From Pseudomonadota bacterium (GTDB taxonomy: Bacteria > Pseudomonadota > Gammaproteobacteria > JAKAQQ01): a stretch of 18,372 bases of DNA. Below, piece after piece: positions 18,135 to 18,372 of the stretch. Under the pieces are notes generated by a model that searched no databases, had not been told where the DNA came from, and saw only the letters and a program-made list of their open reading frames with translations. The stretch's first letter is position 1. Every line of letters starts with the position of its first letter. A program made the position numbers and the translations under genes. The DNA lies in assembly GCA_027320085.1 (NCBI GenBank), contig DAHVLZ010000020.1:1-18372 (forward strand). The letters run 5' to 3'.

Positions 18135-18160
18135 AGGCCCGGGGGAGCGCTCCCGGGCCT
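18135..18160 (-). terminator. Intrinsic terminator of paralogue C
   Basis: AGGCCCGGG-ggagcgct-CCCGGGCCT, perfect 9-bp stem 4 nt after the TAG, followed by TCATGTTTT on the minus strand. Confidence 0.6.
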
Positions 18161-18164
18161 CGAT

Positions 18165-18372
18165 CTAGCCTTGGGGGGCCCCGATCCGCCTCCGCCGGGT
18201 CCAGCCCAAAAGACCCATCAGCCCGGCAAGAATCCCCAGCCCCAGGGGCGAAAACCCGCCCCCCCCGCCTCCACTCGACGGGGGCGGCGGCGCAGTCGCC
18301 GTCACCGCCACCGTTTCCGTCACCGTATCCCCAAAAGCGTCCTTTGCCGTGGCCGTCAGATTGGAGGTCCCC
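18165..18372 (-). CDS. GlyGly-CTERM surface protein, paralogue C (3' end only, enters from the right edge)
   Basis: Hand translation: GTSNLTATAKDAFGDTVTETVAVTATAPPPPSSGGGGGGFSPLGLGILAGLMGLLGWTRRRRIGAPQG-stop (TAG at 18167-18165), nearly identical to the C-terminus of paralogue B. Confidence 0.92.
   Translation of the reverse strand, partial: GTSNLTATAKDAFGDTVTETVAVTATAPPPPSSGGGGGGFSPLGLGILAGLMGLLGWTRRRRIGAPQG

Overview
GC-rich gammaproteobacterial chromosomal segment. The core is a conserved housekeeping block: on the minus strand kdsD-kdsC-lptC-lptA-lptB-rpoN-hpf-rapZ, then divergently bolA-murA, a convergent VanY-like (M15) D,D-peptidase, and petB-petC-sspA-sspB. A patatin-like phospholipase lies to its left. 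The block looks collapsed: the usual neighbours mlaFEDCB, ptsN/npr and the Rieske gene petA are not here. It is bracketed by three co-oriented paralogues of a secreted YVTN-type beta-propeller protein: the 5' part of one at the left edge, a complete 7-bladed copy with a GlyGly-CTERM anchor at 15279-17015, and the 3' end of another (same anchor) at the right edge. A DUF6151/GFA-like gene sits between the last two. The strongest candidate for an undescribed system is this propeller family. Its blades have near-identical DNA frameworks with two hypervariable loops, the variable codons keep their third base, segments are shared between non-adjacent blades, the 3' flanks carry conserved motifs, and the two visible promoters differ by a 13-nt indel that swaps an FNR/CRP-type site for a consensus -35. 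No rRNA, tRNA, CRISPR array, transposase, integrase or reverse transcriptase was seen. All calls come from reading the sequence by eye; no searches were run.
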